Counted from the whole stretch's first letter, positions 11,114 to 23,759 are shown. The stretch: 63,830 bases of DNA, filler included, from Squatina squatina (GCA_031763465.1; 4 parts of 4 records of this genome joined end to end with filler, not necessarily neighbours in it), one strand, 5' to 3'. Notes: a model not told the origin generated them from the letters alone. Numbers and translations are program-made.

Positions 11114-13150
11114 GTAAGAGGAGCTGTTCCTGCTGGAGAAACACAATGATGGACGTCTTTACTCGCTCTGTGACGGAGTGATGTCGAGGAGTCAGTCTTT
11201 ATTCCTGAGTTAGTTATAGAGTTGAATATAGACCAAAATTAGAGTATAGAATAAGAAATGCATATAAAAAAAGAAAATGCTGNNNNNNNNNNNNNNNNNN
11301 NNNNNNNNNNNNNNNNNNNNNNNNNNNNNNNNNNNNNNNNNNNNNNNNNNNNNNNNNNNNNNNNNNNNNNNNNNNNNNNNNNNNNNNNNNNNNNNNNNNN
11401 NNNNNNNNNNNNNNNNNNNNNNNNNNNNNNNNNNNNNNNNNNNNNNNNNNNNNNNNNNNNNNNNNNNNNNNNNNNNNNNNNNNNNNNNNNNNNNNNNNNN
11501 NNNNNNNNNNNNNNNNNNNNNNNNNNNNNNNNNNNNNNNNNNNNNNNNNNNNNNNNNNNNNNNNNNNNNNNNNNNNNNNNNNNNNNNNNNNNNNNNNNNN
11601 NNNNNNNNNNNNNNNNNNNNNNNNNNNNNNNNNNNNNNNNNNNNNNNNNNNNNNNNNNNNNNNNNNNNNNNNNNNNNNNNNNNNNNNNNNNNNNNNNNNN
11701 NNNNNNNNNNNNNNNNNNNNNNNNNNNNNNNNNNNNNNNNNNNNNNNNNNNNNNNNNNNNNNNNNNNNNNNNNNNNNNNNNNNNNNNNNNNNNNNNNNNN
11801 NNNNNNNNNNNNNNNNNNNNNNNNNNNNNNNNNNNNNNNNNNNNNNNNNNNNNNNNNNNNNNNNNNNNNNNNNNNNNNNNNNNNNNNNNNNNNNNNNNNN
11901 NNNNNNNNNNNNNNNNNNNNNNNNNNNNNNNNNNNNNNNNNNNNNNNNNNNNNNNNNNNNNNNNNNNNNNNNNNNNNNNNNNNNNNNNNNNNNNNNNNNN
12001 NNNNNNNNNNNNNNNNNNNNNNNNNNNNNNNNNNNNNNNNNNNNNNNNNNNNNNNNNNNNNNNNNNNNNNNNNNNNNNNNNNNNNTGGCTTAACAAATAA
12101 ATTCCTTGAAGAAAGTTTAGGATGACATACCCTCAAAGGCTTCAGACCCAAAGGATTTTTCATTTTTTCCTGTCACAAAGGCCAAGAATGTAACATTAAG
12201 AAATCAAATGCAACTTCAATGAGACCCATACAAGGAGGAAAAAAAGCTGGATCTCCTATGCTGAGAAATGATAATTTTCTACGCTGAGCACATGAAGATT
12301 GGTAATAATGAGCAAGAACAAAGCATGAACAGAATATGTTATGGGGGGGGGGGGAGATGAGTGATTGGGTATATGCAATAGCACAAGAGAACAATATTAT
12401 CCCAAAAATAGAATCAACACCTACTTATGTTGATAAAGATGATGAAGGTCAAAGGTTCTGAATAAGACTCTTTCATTTTCTAACTAATGTGCAAAACACA
12501 ATGCTACTTGTATTAGCCATTAATTGGGTTACATCACTTCTACAATCCATGGAATAGCTACTGTAGGAAATGGGAAGATCATAATGGTTCAGCAGCAGGT
12601 ACCTTTCTGAAACAGAGATTTAGGTGGACTGTTTATTGGTGAAACCATTATACTCATGCAATGTCCGAGCTTGGGAGAGTTTGCTCCCAGAGAGAACACC
12701 AGGGGGGAAAAGTAGTTCAACGCTTGTCCAAGGATTGTATTTTATACTCGAAGTTGAAGTGTTGAGAATGAAGATCTATATTCTGTGAAGCTACAGAATT
12801 AAAACAGAAAGCAGAGATAATCTTTGGGGTAAATTTGGGGTTGAGCTGGTGGACAACCAGATTTTATGGGGTAGTAATTGGACCTTGTTGCACCTTTTAC
12901 AGGCATAAAAGGGGTACAATTAGGCTTAATTTTTTTTTTTTAGCAAAGACCTGTGCTCCAAGGATGTCTGAAAAAGGTCCAACCTGAAACTGCGTTGGCG
13001 GATTCTGCAGGCAGTGGCCAAAAACAGGTGTTCGGCTCCTTACATATGTAAATGAACGGTCTAACACCTGTTTTAGGCCCACCTACAGAAATTCAATATC
13101 ACAGATGCCCTTGTTCAAATGGATAATGAAGATCCTACAGAATTATATAA

Positions 13151-13359
13151 GGAAGACCAGGATCATTCTCCCAATGTCCTGTCCATAATTTATCCCTCAA
13201 CCAACACCATAAACAGCCAACACCATAATGTTAACCAGTCATTTACCTTATTGCTGTTTGTGGGACCTTGTGTGCAAACTGGCTGTCACGTTTGCTTACA
13301 TGAAAACTGTGATTACACTTCAAAATAAATTCATCAGCTGTAAAGCACTTTGGGCTAAG
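13151..13359 (+). mobile_element. DeuSINE/SacSINE-like SINE 3' part
   Basis: TTTATCCCTCAACCAACACC...GCTGTTTGTGGGACCTTG...GCTGTAAAGCACTTTGGG, homologous to 2400-2570. Confidence 0.75.
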
Positions 13360-13748
13360 NNNNNNNNNNNNNNNNTGTCTACCTTTCCCTCTTCCTAAAT
13401 GAAGTTCCACATTTGGGAAAATTCAGGTTTCTGTGGGTCCTTTGTTTCCTCTCCAGTTCTTCAGTTTTTGATGTACTGATTAAAAAGTAAGGTTTCTTTT
13501 TGTTAAATTTCTAATTTTTATTCACTGCTAAAAGGCTTTGAACAACTCCTTTTTTAAAGTTTATTTTTCATTTTGCTTGTAATTCAGGACAAAGAAGGAC
13601 AACATTGAAGTAAAACAGGGATTTGTTATTCATGCAGATTTATTTCAAGGTTACTGGGGAAGGAGGACAACCAGGCCTTTTACCAAATGTATAAGATATA
13701 TTTGTGCTGTCTTAGCTTCTGAATGAATTTCAAGTACTGGTTAATAAT

Positions 13749-14060
13749 CGAATCATAGAATAGTACAGCACAGGAGGAGGCCATTCGGCCCATCGAGTCT
13801 GTGCCGGCTTTTTCTAAGAGCTGTCCAGTTAGTCCTACTCCCCCGCTCTCCCCATATTCCTGCAATTTTTTTCTCCTTCGAGTATTTATCCAATTCCCTT
13901 TTGTAAGCTACTATTGAATTTGTTACCACATTAGGCAATACATTCTAAATTCTAACCACTCCTTGCATATAAAAGATTTTTCCTCATGTCACCTCTGATA
14001 CTTTTGTCAATCACCTTAAATCTGCACCCTCTGGTTATTAACCCATCAGCCATTGAAAAT
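13749..14060 (-). mobile_element. CR1 LINE 3' end
   Basis: Reverse complement reads RELDKY...GPNGLLLCC plus the TTCTATGATTC tail. Homologous to 16705-16905 and 25406-25714. Confidence 0.8.
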
Positions 14061-14407
14061 ATAAATTTAGGGAAATGTAAGACATAGGACCATCATGGGA
14101 TCGAAGATTTTTGAGGGAGGATGAGAGGGGAAGAAATCACTTGGGGTTGCTGTACCTTTAAGAATTTTGATATGTGTAGTATCTTGATTTAAGTGACCTT
14201 CCATATTCAGCCTTATACAAGACCTTGTTCCTGGATATTAAACTTTATTTAGTGGATGGGAGAAGGCCACACTATTAATAGGTAATATAATATTGGGAAG
14301 ACTACCTCTATGGTAGGTACTGTAATGTTTCTATCTGCAGCATACAGAAATGCTAATTCAGAGATAACGTGAATCCTGATGTAGTTTTAATTACTTAATA
14401 AAAGAAA

Positions 14408-14495
14408 TAAAAACAGAAAATGCTTGAAACACTCAGCAGGTCAGGCAGCATCTGTGGAGAGAGAAACAGTTAATGCTTCAGGTCAATGCCTTTTC
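14408..14495. mobile_element. Short dispersed repeat, probably a Penelope-like element terminal segment
   Basis: AAAACAGAAAATGCTTGAAACACTCAGCAGGTCAGGCAGCATCTGTGGAGAGAGAAACAG has an opposite-orientation copy at ~29370-29450. The class assignment is from recall. Confidence 0.45.
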
Positions 14496-14599
14496 ATCAA
14501 TAAAATAAAGTTTATTCCTGTAATTTAGGTAACCTGACTGATGCTTTTGGTTGTCTCTTAGTCACTTCATTTATTTATTTTTGCTTTATATTCTTGCAG

Positions 14600-14755
14600 G
14601 GCTTGCCTGATGAGAAGCGAAAATGGAGAATCACTAACATAAATCAGAACTATGAGCTTTGTGACACATACCCACCCATCTTAGTAGTTCCAGCCAGTGC
14701 CAGTGATGATGATCTGCGAAAAGTGGCAGCCTTCAGGTCCAAGGGTCGATTACCG
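14600..14755 (+). CDS. MTM1: Myotubularin 1 exon (equivalent to human exon 8; start of the phosphatase domain)
   Basis: CAG/GT-bounded 156-bp exon [52 protein letters not shown]. The ASDDDLR.VA.FRS segment is typical of MTM1. Confidence 0.9.
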
Positions 14756-16604
14756 GTGGGCATGGCAAAGATCTATATATACTACCTGGTGATAATTATC
14801 CATTTATCTTTATTTTTTTTTAAAATCAGTATAAATCATTAGGAAATACATTTGAAGATTTTGTGCAGTTTTCACACATCCATCCAGTTCTTTTCTTCAA
14901 CCTAACTTGTTTTCCATTTCCCCAAATTCCAAGTTGAACGGCACAAAATACTTTTTTATTGACCTGTTAATATAAACTGAAATTGTTGCCGTTTTAATAC
15001 CATCCTACTATATTAAATTCAGTGCCTGGGTGTATCATTGAAAACTCATTCCAAGAGCTTTTTGCTTCTGTAGATGGTGCTGCGTTGGGCATTTTCAGTG
15101 TTAAAGGTGCCATGCATCCCTGTCACAGCCTGTGCCAACACACTATCTTTTTTAGAGACAACATATCACCTTGTGATTGCTACTGGGCCCCCATAAATCG
15201 TTCAAAATGCTCTTTTTCATCTGTCTATTTTTCCTTCAGTAACTGTAGTCTTGTGTCTAAAAAAACATAAAATTACATATTTCACAACATGATCAAATTA
15301 ATCCACTGAATTGCCTTTTGTGTTTTCTAATGCTGTCATTAAAGTTTGTATTTGAAGGTTTCAGCTCCTTCTAAAAGCTGGACATAATATTTCTCTCCAG
15401 AGTTGTAATTCTGGTTTCCATTAATGGAATTATTTAAATAGTAATTATTGACCTAAAAAAATTATTAAAAATTTCAGTCGGCAATTCCTTATGAAAATTC
15501 AACTTGCAAGACGTGAAAAAAGTAAGTTTGTTTTGGTAAAATCCCTTGCATGTGAAGAAATGAGCAGTTATTAATTTGAGTGGTCCCTTAATTACTGAAA
15601 AGGGGCAGGAAATGTTTTTCTCCCAGATGGAGGTTCCTGCCTTCAACACTTGTTCATGTCCAGAATAAACAAAGGAATGTAGAATGTATTGTTTTTACTT
15701 TGTTAGAAAACAAGTGAATGTAAGCTATGATTCCCTATGTGCAGTGTCATGATTTGATGATTGGCTTGGACTAGCTACCCTGTTGAGTAAGCCTGCCTGT
15801 ATCTAATCAAAGTTTGTACAACTTTTAGTGCAATAACAACCTTGATATGTTGTTGATCTCGATGCTTTTGGAGTGCAGGTTTAATCTGACCTTATACAAT
15901 GCAGCAAAAGGAATGCTGTCACTTAAATCTAGAATATTATCTAAAATGTTAACAGTTTAAATAGAACAGTCTTTTAAAAATGAACAATGTATCCAATATG
16001 GTTTTGTATCGTTTTTCGCAACTCTTGGTTACAACTGTTGACGTGTACAGGATATTTGTTTCATAGATTCACTGTTCTTTAGAAATGCAGTATCTAAAGT
16101 CCGTAGACTACGCAGACTACAGAATTTATTCAGAAGGGAGGATGGCTCGACAATTTACGTGGGACTTGTTAATTCTTGAGTTACAAAGTTTTCTATTATG
16201 CATTCTGTAATACATCTATTATGTGAATAATGTTTTATTAATGAATTATTTTGATGCATCCATAATAAGTACAAAAATGCATTAAGATTACAGCAGTCAT
16301 AATGAGATGGCCCTCGCCTCTTTCTAGAAGCATGAGATAGTCATCACAAAATTCCCAACACAGTGGCCCTTGCAAGACCAAAATAGAATCTTTGGCACCA
16401 TGTAGTCACACCGCAAAGATGATGTTGAGTCACCGAGTTTTTAAAAAAAAAACTCATCTTGGCTTTGTATACATACGAAACAGAAATAGTAGCAGCATGT
16501 TTTACTTCTGTGCAGTAACTGAACGTGGATTGGAAAAGGCTTTCATGTGCAGTCACGCATCTCATGCCTCCAAGATTGGTGATGCAGCGCTTCAATCTAT
16601 TCCA

Positions 16605-16704
16605 NNNNNNNNNNNNNNNNNNNNNNNNNNNNNNNNNNNNNNNNNNNNTTAATTAATTAANNNNNNNNNNNNNNNNNNNNNNNNNNNNNNNNNNNNNNNN
16701 NNNN
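16605..16704. other. Synthetic scaffold-join linker (44N-TTAATTAATTAA-44N)
   Basis: Exact 100-bp structure repeated three times; the 12-mer puts stops in all six frames. Confidence 0.95.
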
Positions 16705-16905
16705 CACCGCCTGAAAGTGTGGTGGAAGCAGATTCAATAATAACTTTCAAAAGGGAATTGAATAAATACTTAAAGAGGGAAAAGTTGCAGGGCTATGGGG
16801 AAACTGCAGTGGAGTGGGACTAATTGACTAGCTCTTTCAAAGAGCCGGTACAGGCACGATAGGCCGAATGGCCTCCTTCTGTGCTGTATCATTCCATGAT
16901 TCTAT
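16705..16905 (+). mobile_element. CR1 LINE 3' end
   Basis: ESVVEADSIITFKRELNKYL reading followed by GGCCGAATGGCCTCCTTCTGTGCTGTATCATTCCATGATTCTATG tail. Confidence 0.85.
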
Positions 16906-17677
16906 GGTTGCATGGTAATAGACTGTGATGCTGAGGTACAACTTGCTAATTCTGAGGATGAACTTCATTTTGAAGCTACTGTAAGTGAATTTCAATATTT
17001 AGTCTCATTAGAAATAGTGTTAAACATGATTTACGAGCAGAAAACAGCCCAATTCAGGTCCGGATATTGGAGGAAGAGGCCCAAGAGGTTCAACCTCATA
17101 AAGTTGTTAGAATGTATCCTGTGACCCCAGCTTATCGCGCATAACCCAGGCATGGTCTCTTTATATTTTTAGANNNNNNNNNNTAAAGGGAGACTTGGAA
17201 TTAAATAATACCCTGACAATGATGAATTTCACATAAAGAAATGTCTGCCCTGACAATTTCAGTTAAGTTTCTGCAGAGTTCAAAAATGACATGGATAGTT
17301 GCATTTTCTAGTATATCATTATATTTTCATGAAAAGAAATATGAAATGTTTTGAGATGCTGACACATAACTTACTTTCTTACAAGTTTGTCCACCAATGT
17401 CCAAGGATTATGACAAGTTTAAAACAATGGCTGGAATTTTCCCGACTTGGGCGGGTCCAGTGCATGCAGCCACCATGGCGGGTCGCGAGCCCGTTGCCAC
17501 GCCACAAAATTACTTTACATTAATAGGGCCCATTAAGCCCACCCTGCGCATTACCTGGCCCAATTAAATGGTGTGCGNNNNNNNNNNNNNNNNNNNNNNN
17601 NNNNNNNNNNNNNNNNNNNNNNNNNNNNNNNNNNNNNNNNNNNNNNNNNNNNNNNNNNNNNNNNNNNNNNNNNNNNN

Positions 17678-17912
17678 GTTAGGTCTCCCCTCAGCCTCTT
17701 CTGTTCCAAAGAAAACAACCCCAGCTTATCCAATCTTTCCTCATAGGTAAAGTTCTCCAATCCAGGAAACATCCTCTTACATCTCTTCTGTACCCTCTCT
17801 AGTGCCATTACATCTTTCCTATAGTGCGGTGACCAGAACTGCACCCAGTACTCCAGCTGTGGCCTAACCAGTGTTTTATACAGTTTGAGCGTAACCTCGC
17901 TGCTCTTAAATT
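17678..17912 (-). mobile_element. CR1 LINE ORF2 C-terminal fragment
   Basis: LKLYKTLVRPQLEYWVQFWSPHYRKDVMALERVQKR...YEERLDKLGLFSLEQKRLRGDL is the canonical CR1 ORF2 C-terminus. Confidence 0.92.
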
Positions 17913-18500
17913 CAATGGAGGCCCAATTGGTCTGCTGTTGCGCCTGGGTAACGCCGAACAGCGGTGCTACCCAGGCACGAAAGCAGCGTGCGTCAAAATT
18001 TTTTACTTTTCCCCAATTAGGATAAGGCCTTGGCGCTGGAGTAAGACGCGCAACATCATCAAGTCGCGTACCCACCTTCTACGCCAGCCCACGACCTCCC
18101 TCTGCGTCGCTGGCGAGCCGCCTCCGGAATTGGAGGGCGGCTCACCGGCGAGGCCCCAGGCATTGGCAACGACGGGTTTTATATCGGCCGACTTCATTGG
18201 CCACCATCGCCACTGGCCCCTCTTTAGCTTGCTGGGATTTTTTGCCGCCTGGACCCGGCTCCCTGGTTGTAGGTAACCCGGCAGTGCTGCTGCATTGGCC
18301 AGGTCAGCGCTGGGTGAGCACCGTGGCAGCACTTCTTAAGTGACTAAGCCCACAATTCCGGGTCAGCGACCCTCGCTGCCGGCACGGCGTCCCCACGGCG
18401 AGGGGGCCCCGAAAGCAGCGCCTGGTTTGGGCGCTGTCCACTTGGGCCCCCTACGATTCTATAAAAATGGTGCAGCAAGTTGGAACTCCAAAACTCCTCT
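17913..18500. mobile_element. GC-rich non-autonomous DNA-element-like insert
   Basis: CpG-rich block abutting the CR1 fragment; shares the CATCATCAAxTCxCG motif with the GC-rich block at 22888-23350. Confidence 0.4.
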
Positions 18501-18726
18501 GAGGATTATTATTAGGCCAGAATTTGCTGTCAACGTAACTGTGAGGCTCTCCATTATTTATGTGTAAATGGTACAGCAACTTCAGGTGAGGAGCAGATGC
18601 ACGATAAATGCGAATATCTAAAAGTTNNNNNNNNNNNNNNNNNNNNNNNNNNNNNNNNNNNNNNNNNNNNNNNNNNNNNNNNNNNNNNNNNNNNNNNNNN
18701 NNNNNNNNNNNNNNNNNNNNNNNNNN

Positions 18727-18945
18727 GGGGGGGTGAATCTTTGGAATTCTCTGTCCCAAGGGGCTGTGGGTGCTCAGTCGGTGAGTATATTCAAGGCTGA
18801 CACAGACAGATTTCTGGGCTCCAGGGGAATCAAGTGATATGGGGATCGGGCGGGAAAGTAGAGTTGAGGTTGAAGATCATATTGAATGGTGGAGCAGGCT
18901 CGAGGGGCCATATGGCCTACTTCTGTTCCTAATTCTCATGTTCTA
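18727..18945 (+). mobile_element. CR1 LINE 3' end
   Basis: VNLWNSLSQ...IFKA reading and GGAGCAGGCTCGAGGGGCCATATGGCCTACTTCTGTTCCTAATTCTCATGTTCT tail. Confidence 0.85.
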
Positions 18946-19349
18946 AGTTATAGCTCATTCCGGGTCTCTTCCTATTTGAGGGAGAGAAAACCTGGGCGTT
19001 TTAACTGATCCGCAGGAAAGCCCATCCAGAGAACATGCACTCGATGACTTCTGTCAGGCTTCTGGCCTTTCTTCACTTCAGTGTTGTCCAATTTGTCAAC
19101 ATTTGCTGGGTTGCGGTTGTGCTATCGCTGAGAGTGCGTCAGTCACGAGTGCACTTTCCGAATGTTCCAGCGTAATGGATACATTGTCCACAGAGCTGAA
19201 CGTGGTGAAACTTGGTCTGTCAGACACGTGGGCACCTCTACTGCAGTGATGTGTAGGGCTGCTCCAGTCCTGCATTTGTCCCTAGANNNNNNNNNNCTCC
19301 CATTTCCTTGGCAGTGTGCATTGAATCAGAAAGTGACCTCATCCTGTGA

Positions 19350-19520
19350 AAGAAAGACTTGCATTTATATAGCCTCTTTCTCGACCTCAGCACATCCCAA
19401 AGTGCTTTACAGCCAATGAAGCACTTTAGGAGTGTTAAGTCACTTGTAATGTAGACAACATGGCAGCCAATTTGTGCACAGCAGGCTCCCACAAACAGCA
19501 GAGACAATGACCACTTTTTT
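19350..19520 (-). mobile_element. DeuSINE/SacSINE-like SINE 3' part
   Basis: AAAGACTTGCATTTATATAGC...CATCCCAAAGTGCTTTACAGCCAATGAAG...CCCACAAACAGCA is the reverse complement of the SINE tail. Confidence 0.8.
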
Positions 19521-19657
19521 TGTGCTTGGTGTTGCAAAAGAACATAAATAGGAGCAGNNNNNNNNNNNNNNNNNNNNNNNNNNNNNNNNNNNNNNNNNNN
19601 NNNNNNNNNNNNNNNNNNNNNNNNNNNNNNNNNNNNNNNNNNNNNNNNNNNNNNNNN

Positions 19658-20160
19658 CCTATCCTTCCTAAATGTTGAACACCCTTGAATATTCATTGCC
19701 CAGCCTTGGTCACCCTGCAACCACGTGTCCGTAATGGCAATTAGATCATACCCATTCATTTATATTTATACCGTCAATTCATCTACCTTGTTGCGAATAC
19801 TGCGTGCATTCAGATAAAGTACCTTTAATTTTGCCTTTTTACCATTTTTCTGTACCGTGACCCTATTTGCTGCTGGCTTTTGTTTCCTCTGCCTTCCAAA
19901 TTTGCTTAGTAATTTTCTGCCTTCCATTTCCAGCTTTGTTTTTCTCCCTTCTGAATCCACTCAGATTTCCATCCCCCTGCTAAGCTTGTTTAAATCCACC
20001 CTACCAGTACTAGCAAATCCCACTATGAGGATATTGGTCCCGGTCCTGCTGAGGTGTAGCCCATCCGGCTTATACAAATCCCACCTGCCCCAGGAATGAT
20101 CCCAATGTCTCAGAAATCTAAAGCTCTCCCTCCTGCACCAGCTCTCCAGCCACGCATTCA
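19658..20160 (-). mobile_element. CR1 LINE ORF1 end / ORF2 endonuclease N-terminus
   Basis: LKVLYLNARSIRNKVDEL and YDLIAITDTWLQ...FRKDR are APE motifs. DGLHLSR (SGNH esterase-like ORF1 end) is encoded upstream. Confidence 0.88.
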
Positions 20161-20289
20161 GGAGTCAGAGAGGAGAGCGGATCAAGAGANNNNNNNNNNN
20201 NNNNNNNNNNNNNNNNNNNNNNNNNNNNNNNNNNNNNNNNNNNNNNNNNNNNNNNNNNNNNNNNNNNNNNNNNNNNNNNNNNNNNNNNN

Positions 20290-20580
20290 CATTGAATATA
20301 TTCAAGATGGAGTTAGATAGACTTCTAGATATTAAAGGCATCAAAGGATATGGGGAGAAAGCGGGAAGATGGTGTTGAGATAGAGCATCAACCATGATCA
20401 TATTGAATGGCGGAGCAGGCTCGAAGGGCCGAGCAGCCTACTCCTGCTCCTATTTTCTATGTTTCTATGGTTCTATAAAATGGCATTGAGGTAGCAGATC
20501 AGCCATGATCTTGTCGAATGGCAGAGCAGGCTCGAGGGGCTGAATGGCCTACTCCTGTTCCTATTTCTTATGTTCTTATG
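20290..20580 (+). mobile_element. CR1 LINE 3' end with a tandemly doubled tail
   Basis: Two successive CCATGATC..GAATGGC.GAGCAGGCTCGA.GGGC...CTACTCCTG.TCCTATT.(TTCT.ATG)n tails. Confidence 0.8.
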
Positions 20581-21240
20581 TACTACTGCACTGCGTTACA
20601 GTGCCTCCACAGTTATTTCAAAACTGTTCTCTGATGTGATTGACTATTTCCACTGGAGCAGAGAAGGAAGTTCAACAAGAGGTTACTAAGACGAAGCAAT
20701 GTTTTAATAGAGAAAGATTCTGACTGTGATTCAGTGACAAGTTGTTCATCAATTTCAAATTGTCAATAAAGGACTGAGGGGCAAGAATAGGAGCAATCCC
20801 TTTACGCTTTACCAATGAGAGTGATTGAAGCAGTGCGACTTCTGAGGGAAAATTGGAAGACCATTTGAAACCGGAAGAGATAAAGGCCACGTGGGGACAG
20901 TGGGATTAGTTTTGGATCGCTGCAGCAGACAGCCAGCACAGATACGATGGGCCAAATGATCCACTTTGTGCTACGGAACTGTGATCCAACATGAAGTGGA
21001 TAGGCAAAGTCCATCGATTCCTAGATTTAGTCCCCACTCCAATGTTTATAAGGCTGGTTGTGTTGTTGACGTGAGTCTTGTGTCGTTTCCTCTTTCCCGT
21101 CAGATCCTGTGAACTGTTTAATTTGTGTTTTGTGGTTTACCTCCATTACAGATACTGTACCAACTGCAGCAGCTCACAAACCCCGAGACTGCCTTCCCAG
21201 CTCCCTGGTCCCCGAAATACCTCAACACTTTCAGACCCAT

Positions 21241-21516
21241 GGGAACGGTAACATAGTGGTTTTGTTGCAGGACTAGTAATCCAGAGGCCTGGACTATTGA
21301 TCCCAGAGATGTGAGCTCAAATCCCATCACGAAAGCTGGGATATTTAAATTCAGTTAATTAAATAAACCTGGAATAAAAAAGTATTAGTAATGGTGACTA
21401 GTGGATTGTCGTTAAAAAGCCATCTGGTTCACCAGTGTCCTTTAGGGAAGGAAATCTGCCATCCTTAACTGGTCTGGCCTACATGTTACTCCAGATCCAC
21501 AACAATGTGGTTGACT
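21241..21516 (+). mobile_element. tRNA-derived SINE 5' half (MetaSINE-like central domain)
   Basis: tRNA-like head (GGTAACATAGTGG...GAGCTCAAATCCC) and a GGAAATCTGCCATCCTTAACTGGTCTGGCCTACATGTTACTCCAGATCCAC...GTGGTTGACT core. The superfamily name is from recall. Confidence 0.6.
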
Positions 21517-21689
21517 NNNNNNNNNNNNNNNNNNNNNNNNNNNNNNNNNNNNNNNNNNNNNNNNNNNNNNNNNNNNNNNNNNNNNNNNNNNNNNNNNNNN
21601 NNNNNNNNNNNNNNNNACCAGGATGACTTTTTGTCCCCCTCTAGTTGCTTCCCTTCTCTCCTAAAGGCGCTGGAGTATCAATTCAGTTC

Positions 21690-22092
21690 AGAGAAGGTTC
21701 ACTAGATTGATTCCGGGTATGGAAAGATTGCCTTATGAGGAAAGGTTGAGCAGGTTGGGCCTATACTCACTGGAGTTTAGAAGAATGAGAGGCAATCTTA
21801 TTGAAACACACAAGATTCTGAGGGGGCTTGTCAGGGTAAATGCTGTTTCCCCTCGTGGGGGAATCTAGAACAAGGGGGCACAATCTCAGAATAAGGGGTC
21901 GCCCATTGAATATATTCAAGACTGAGATAGACAGATTGTTGAGCTACAGAGGAGTCAAAGGTTATGAGGAACAGGCAGGAAAGTGGAGTTGAGGCCAGAA
22001 TCCATCAGCCATGGTCTTGTTGAATGGCAGAGCAGGCTCGAGGGGCCGAATGGCCGACTCCTGATCCTATTTCTTATGTTCTTATGTTCTTA
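21690..22092 (+). mobile_element. CR1 LINE ORF2 end plus 3' tail
   Basis: QRRFTRLIPGMERLPYEERLSRLGLYSLEFRRMRGNLIET reading and a (TTCTTATG)n terminus. Confidence 0.88.
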
Positions 22093-22887
22093 TGCTCTTA
22101 ATTCATGAGCGTTGCCTGTCCTCCTGTATCTTGCCCAAGTGGCCGCCTGTTGCACGTGAACACTCAGTGTAGGAAGGCTTTTCACCCATGGGTGGGTCGA
22201 ATCTTCTCCTCGCCCACTGTCCATACTTGCATTTTCTAGCAGGAGTGATTGGATAGCAGTGGGAGCCCCTGGGTTTATTGTTCTTCTCAATAGCAGCCTA
22301 GTGGAGGACAAGTGTAGCAGCCATACTGCCAACCTAGCTGGGAATCGACTGACTCAACGTAGAATGGGGGTTGAGGTTGGGACCACACTGCAACCTAACT
22401 GAACTTTCTGCCCAGTTATCTAATGGGGTTTCTTTTCCTCCTTTTGCCGTCCACCCATCCTTCCTCTTGATAATGAAGATCTTGTCCTTTTACTTACAAT
22501 TACATCAAATGTACAACGCAGAAACATTCAGCCCAGCTGGCCCGTGCTGGCGTGTATGCTCCACATGCGCCTCCTCCCACCTCACATCATCTCACCCCAT
22601 CAACATAACCATCTATTCCTTTCTCCCTCGTGTGCTTATCTAGCTTCCCCTTAAATGCATCTGTGCTATTCTCCTCACCTACTGCCCGTGGTAGCGCGAT
22701 CCCATTCTCACCACTCTTTTTGTGGGTAAAGTCGATCACTGGTAACAGTGTGGTGAAGATCAGGGAGTTGATTTTACAAATCGGAGGNNNNNNNNNNNNN
22801 NNNNNNNNNNNNNNNNNNNNNNNNNNNNNNNNNNNNNNNNNNNNNNNNNNNNNNNNNNNNNNNNNNNNNNNNNNNNNNNNNNNNNNN

Positions 22888-23350
22888 TAGGAAGTCAACT
22901 GAAAAATAAAGATGGATGCCGGAGGCGCAGACGCCCTCCCCTTTAAGATGCCCGTTGAAGCGACAGGTTTTCCCATCGTTGTAGCCACCCATGTTGCGGC
23001 CGCCTCCTGTGGGTGAATTTTGCCTGCACGATGCAAACGGAGAGTGAAGGACATTGTGGCTGCGCGGTGTGATTCAGCGCGTGATTTGATGATGTTATGC
23101 GCCGACCCGCCACGAAATTCAGATGGGCAGGCACAAAGGCCTTTGCCCCCCAGCTGAATTTCCTGGGAGACAAGATGGCTGCCTCCTGGCGCCATTTTTT
23201 AACGTCCCATTAGCGCTCCTCAGAGGCACTAATGGGGCAGTACAGGATTACAGGAGCTCTGTTCCGGCCCCATGGCTGTCTTCTCGGCAGTTTCCCCTAC
23301 TTGCTCTGTTGTGATTGGCCGCTGTTTAATTAGCGCTAAATTTGAGCCAA
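22888..23350. mobile_element. GC-rich non-autonomous DNA element (partial)
   Basis: CpG-rich block ending CGCTAAATTTGAGCC with no recognisable protein. Confidence 0.4.
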
Positions 23351-23759
23351 ACATTTGCAATAAATTTACATGTAGGTGTGAGTGAGTGACACAACGCCCA
23401 AAGTGGGAAGTGATGCACATTTTATATACACATATCTTCATCCTATATGTCTTTTCTATGTTTGTTGCACGCTTTAATTTTTCATTTCTTCCTGCCCCGA
23501 GGTTGTTTTTTTTCTCATAAAAAATAACGTGAAGAGGTCCATCAAGATCAATGCGAATCAATACTAACTTGCTTTTTATTTATGAAATCTTACCTTCTCC
23601 TGACCCAGTTTTTCAGTGGCAGCCAGCTATTGATTTAACACTGAATACAGATGGTTGGGACAGCGAGCTGGTGCATTGGTGCATCGACATCCTTGGGCTA
23701 GGGGAGGTAAGGAGGAGGTTAGGGGAGCGATGGGGCAAGGGAAGGGAAATGCACGAGAA

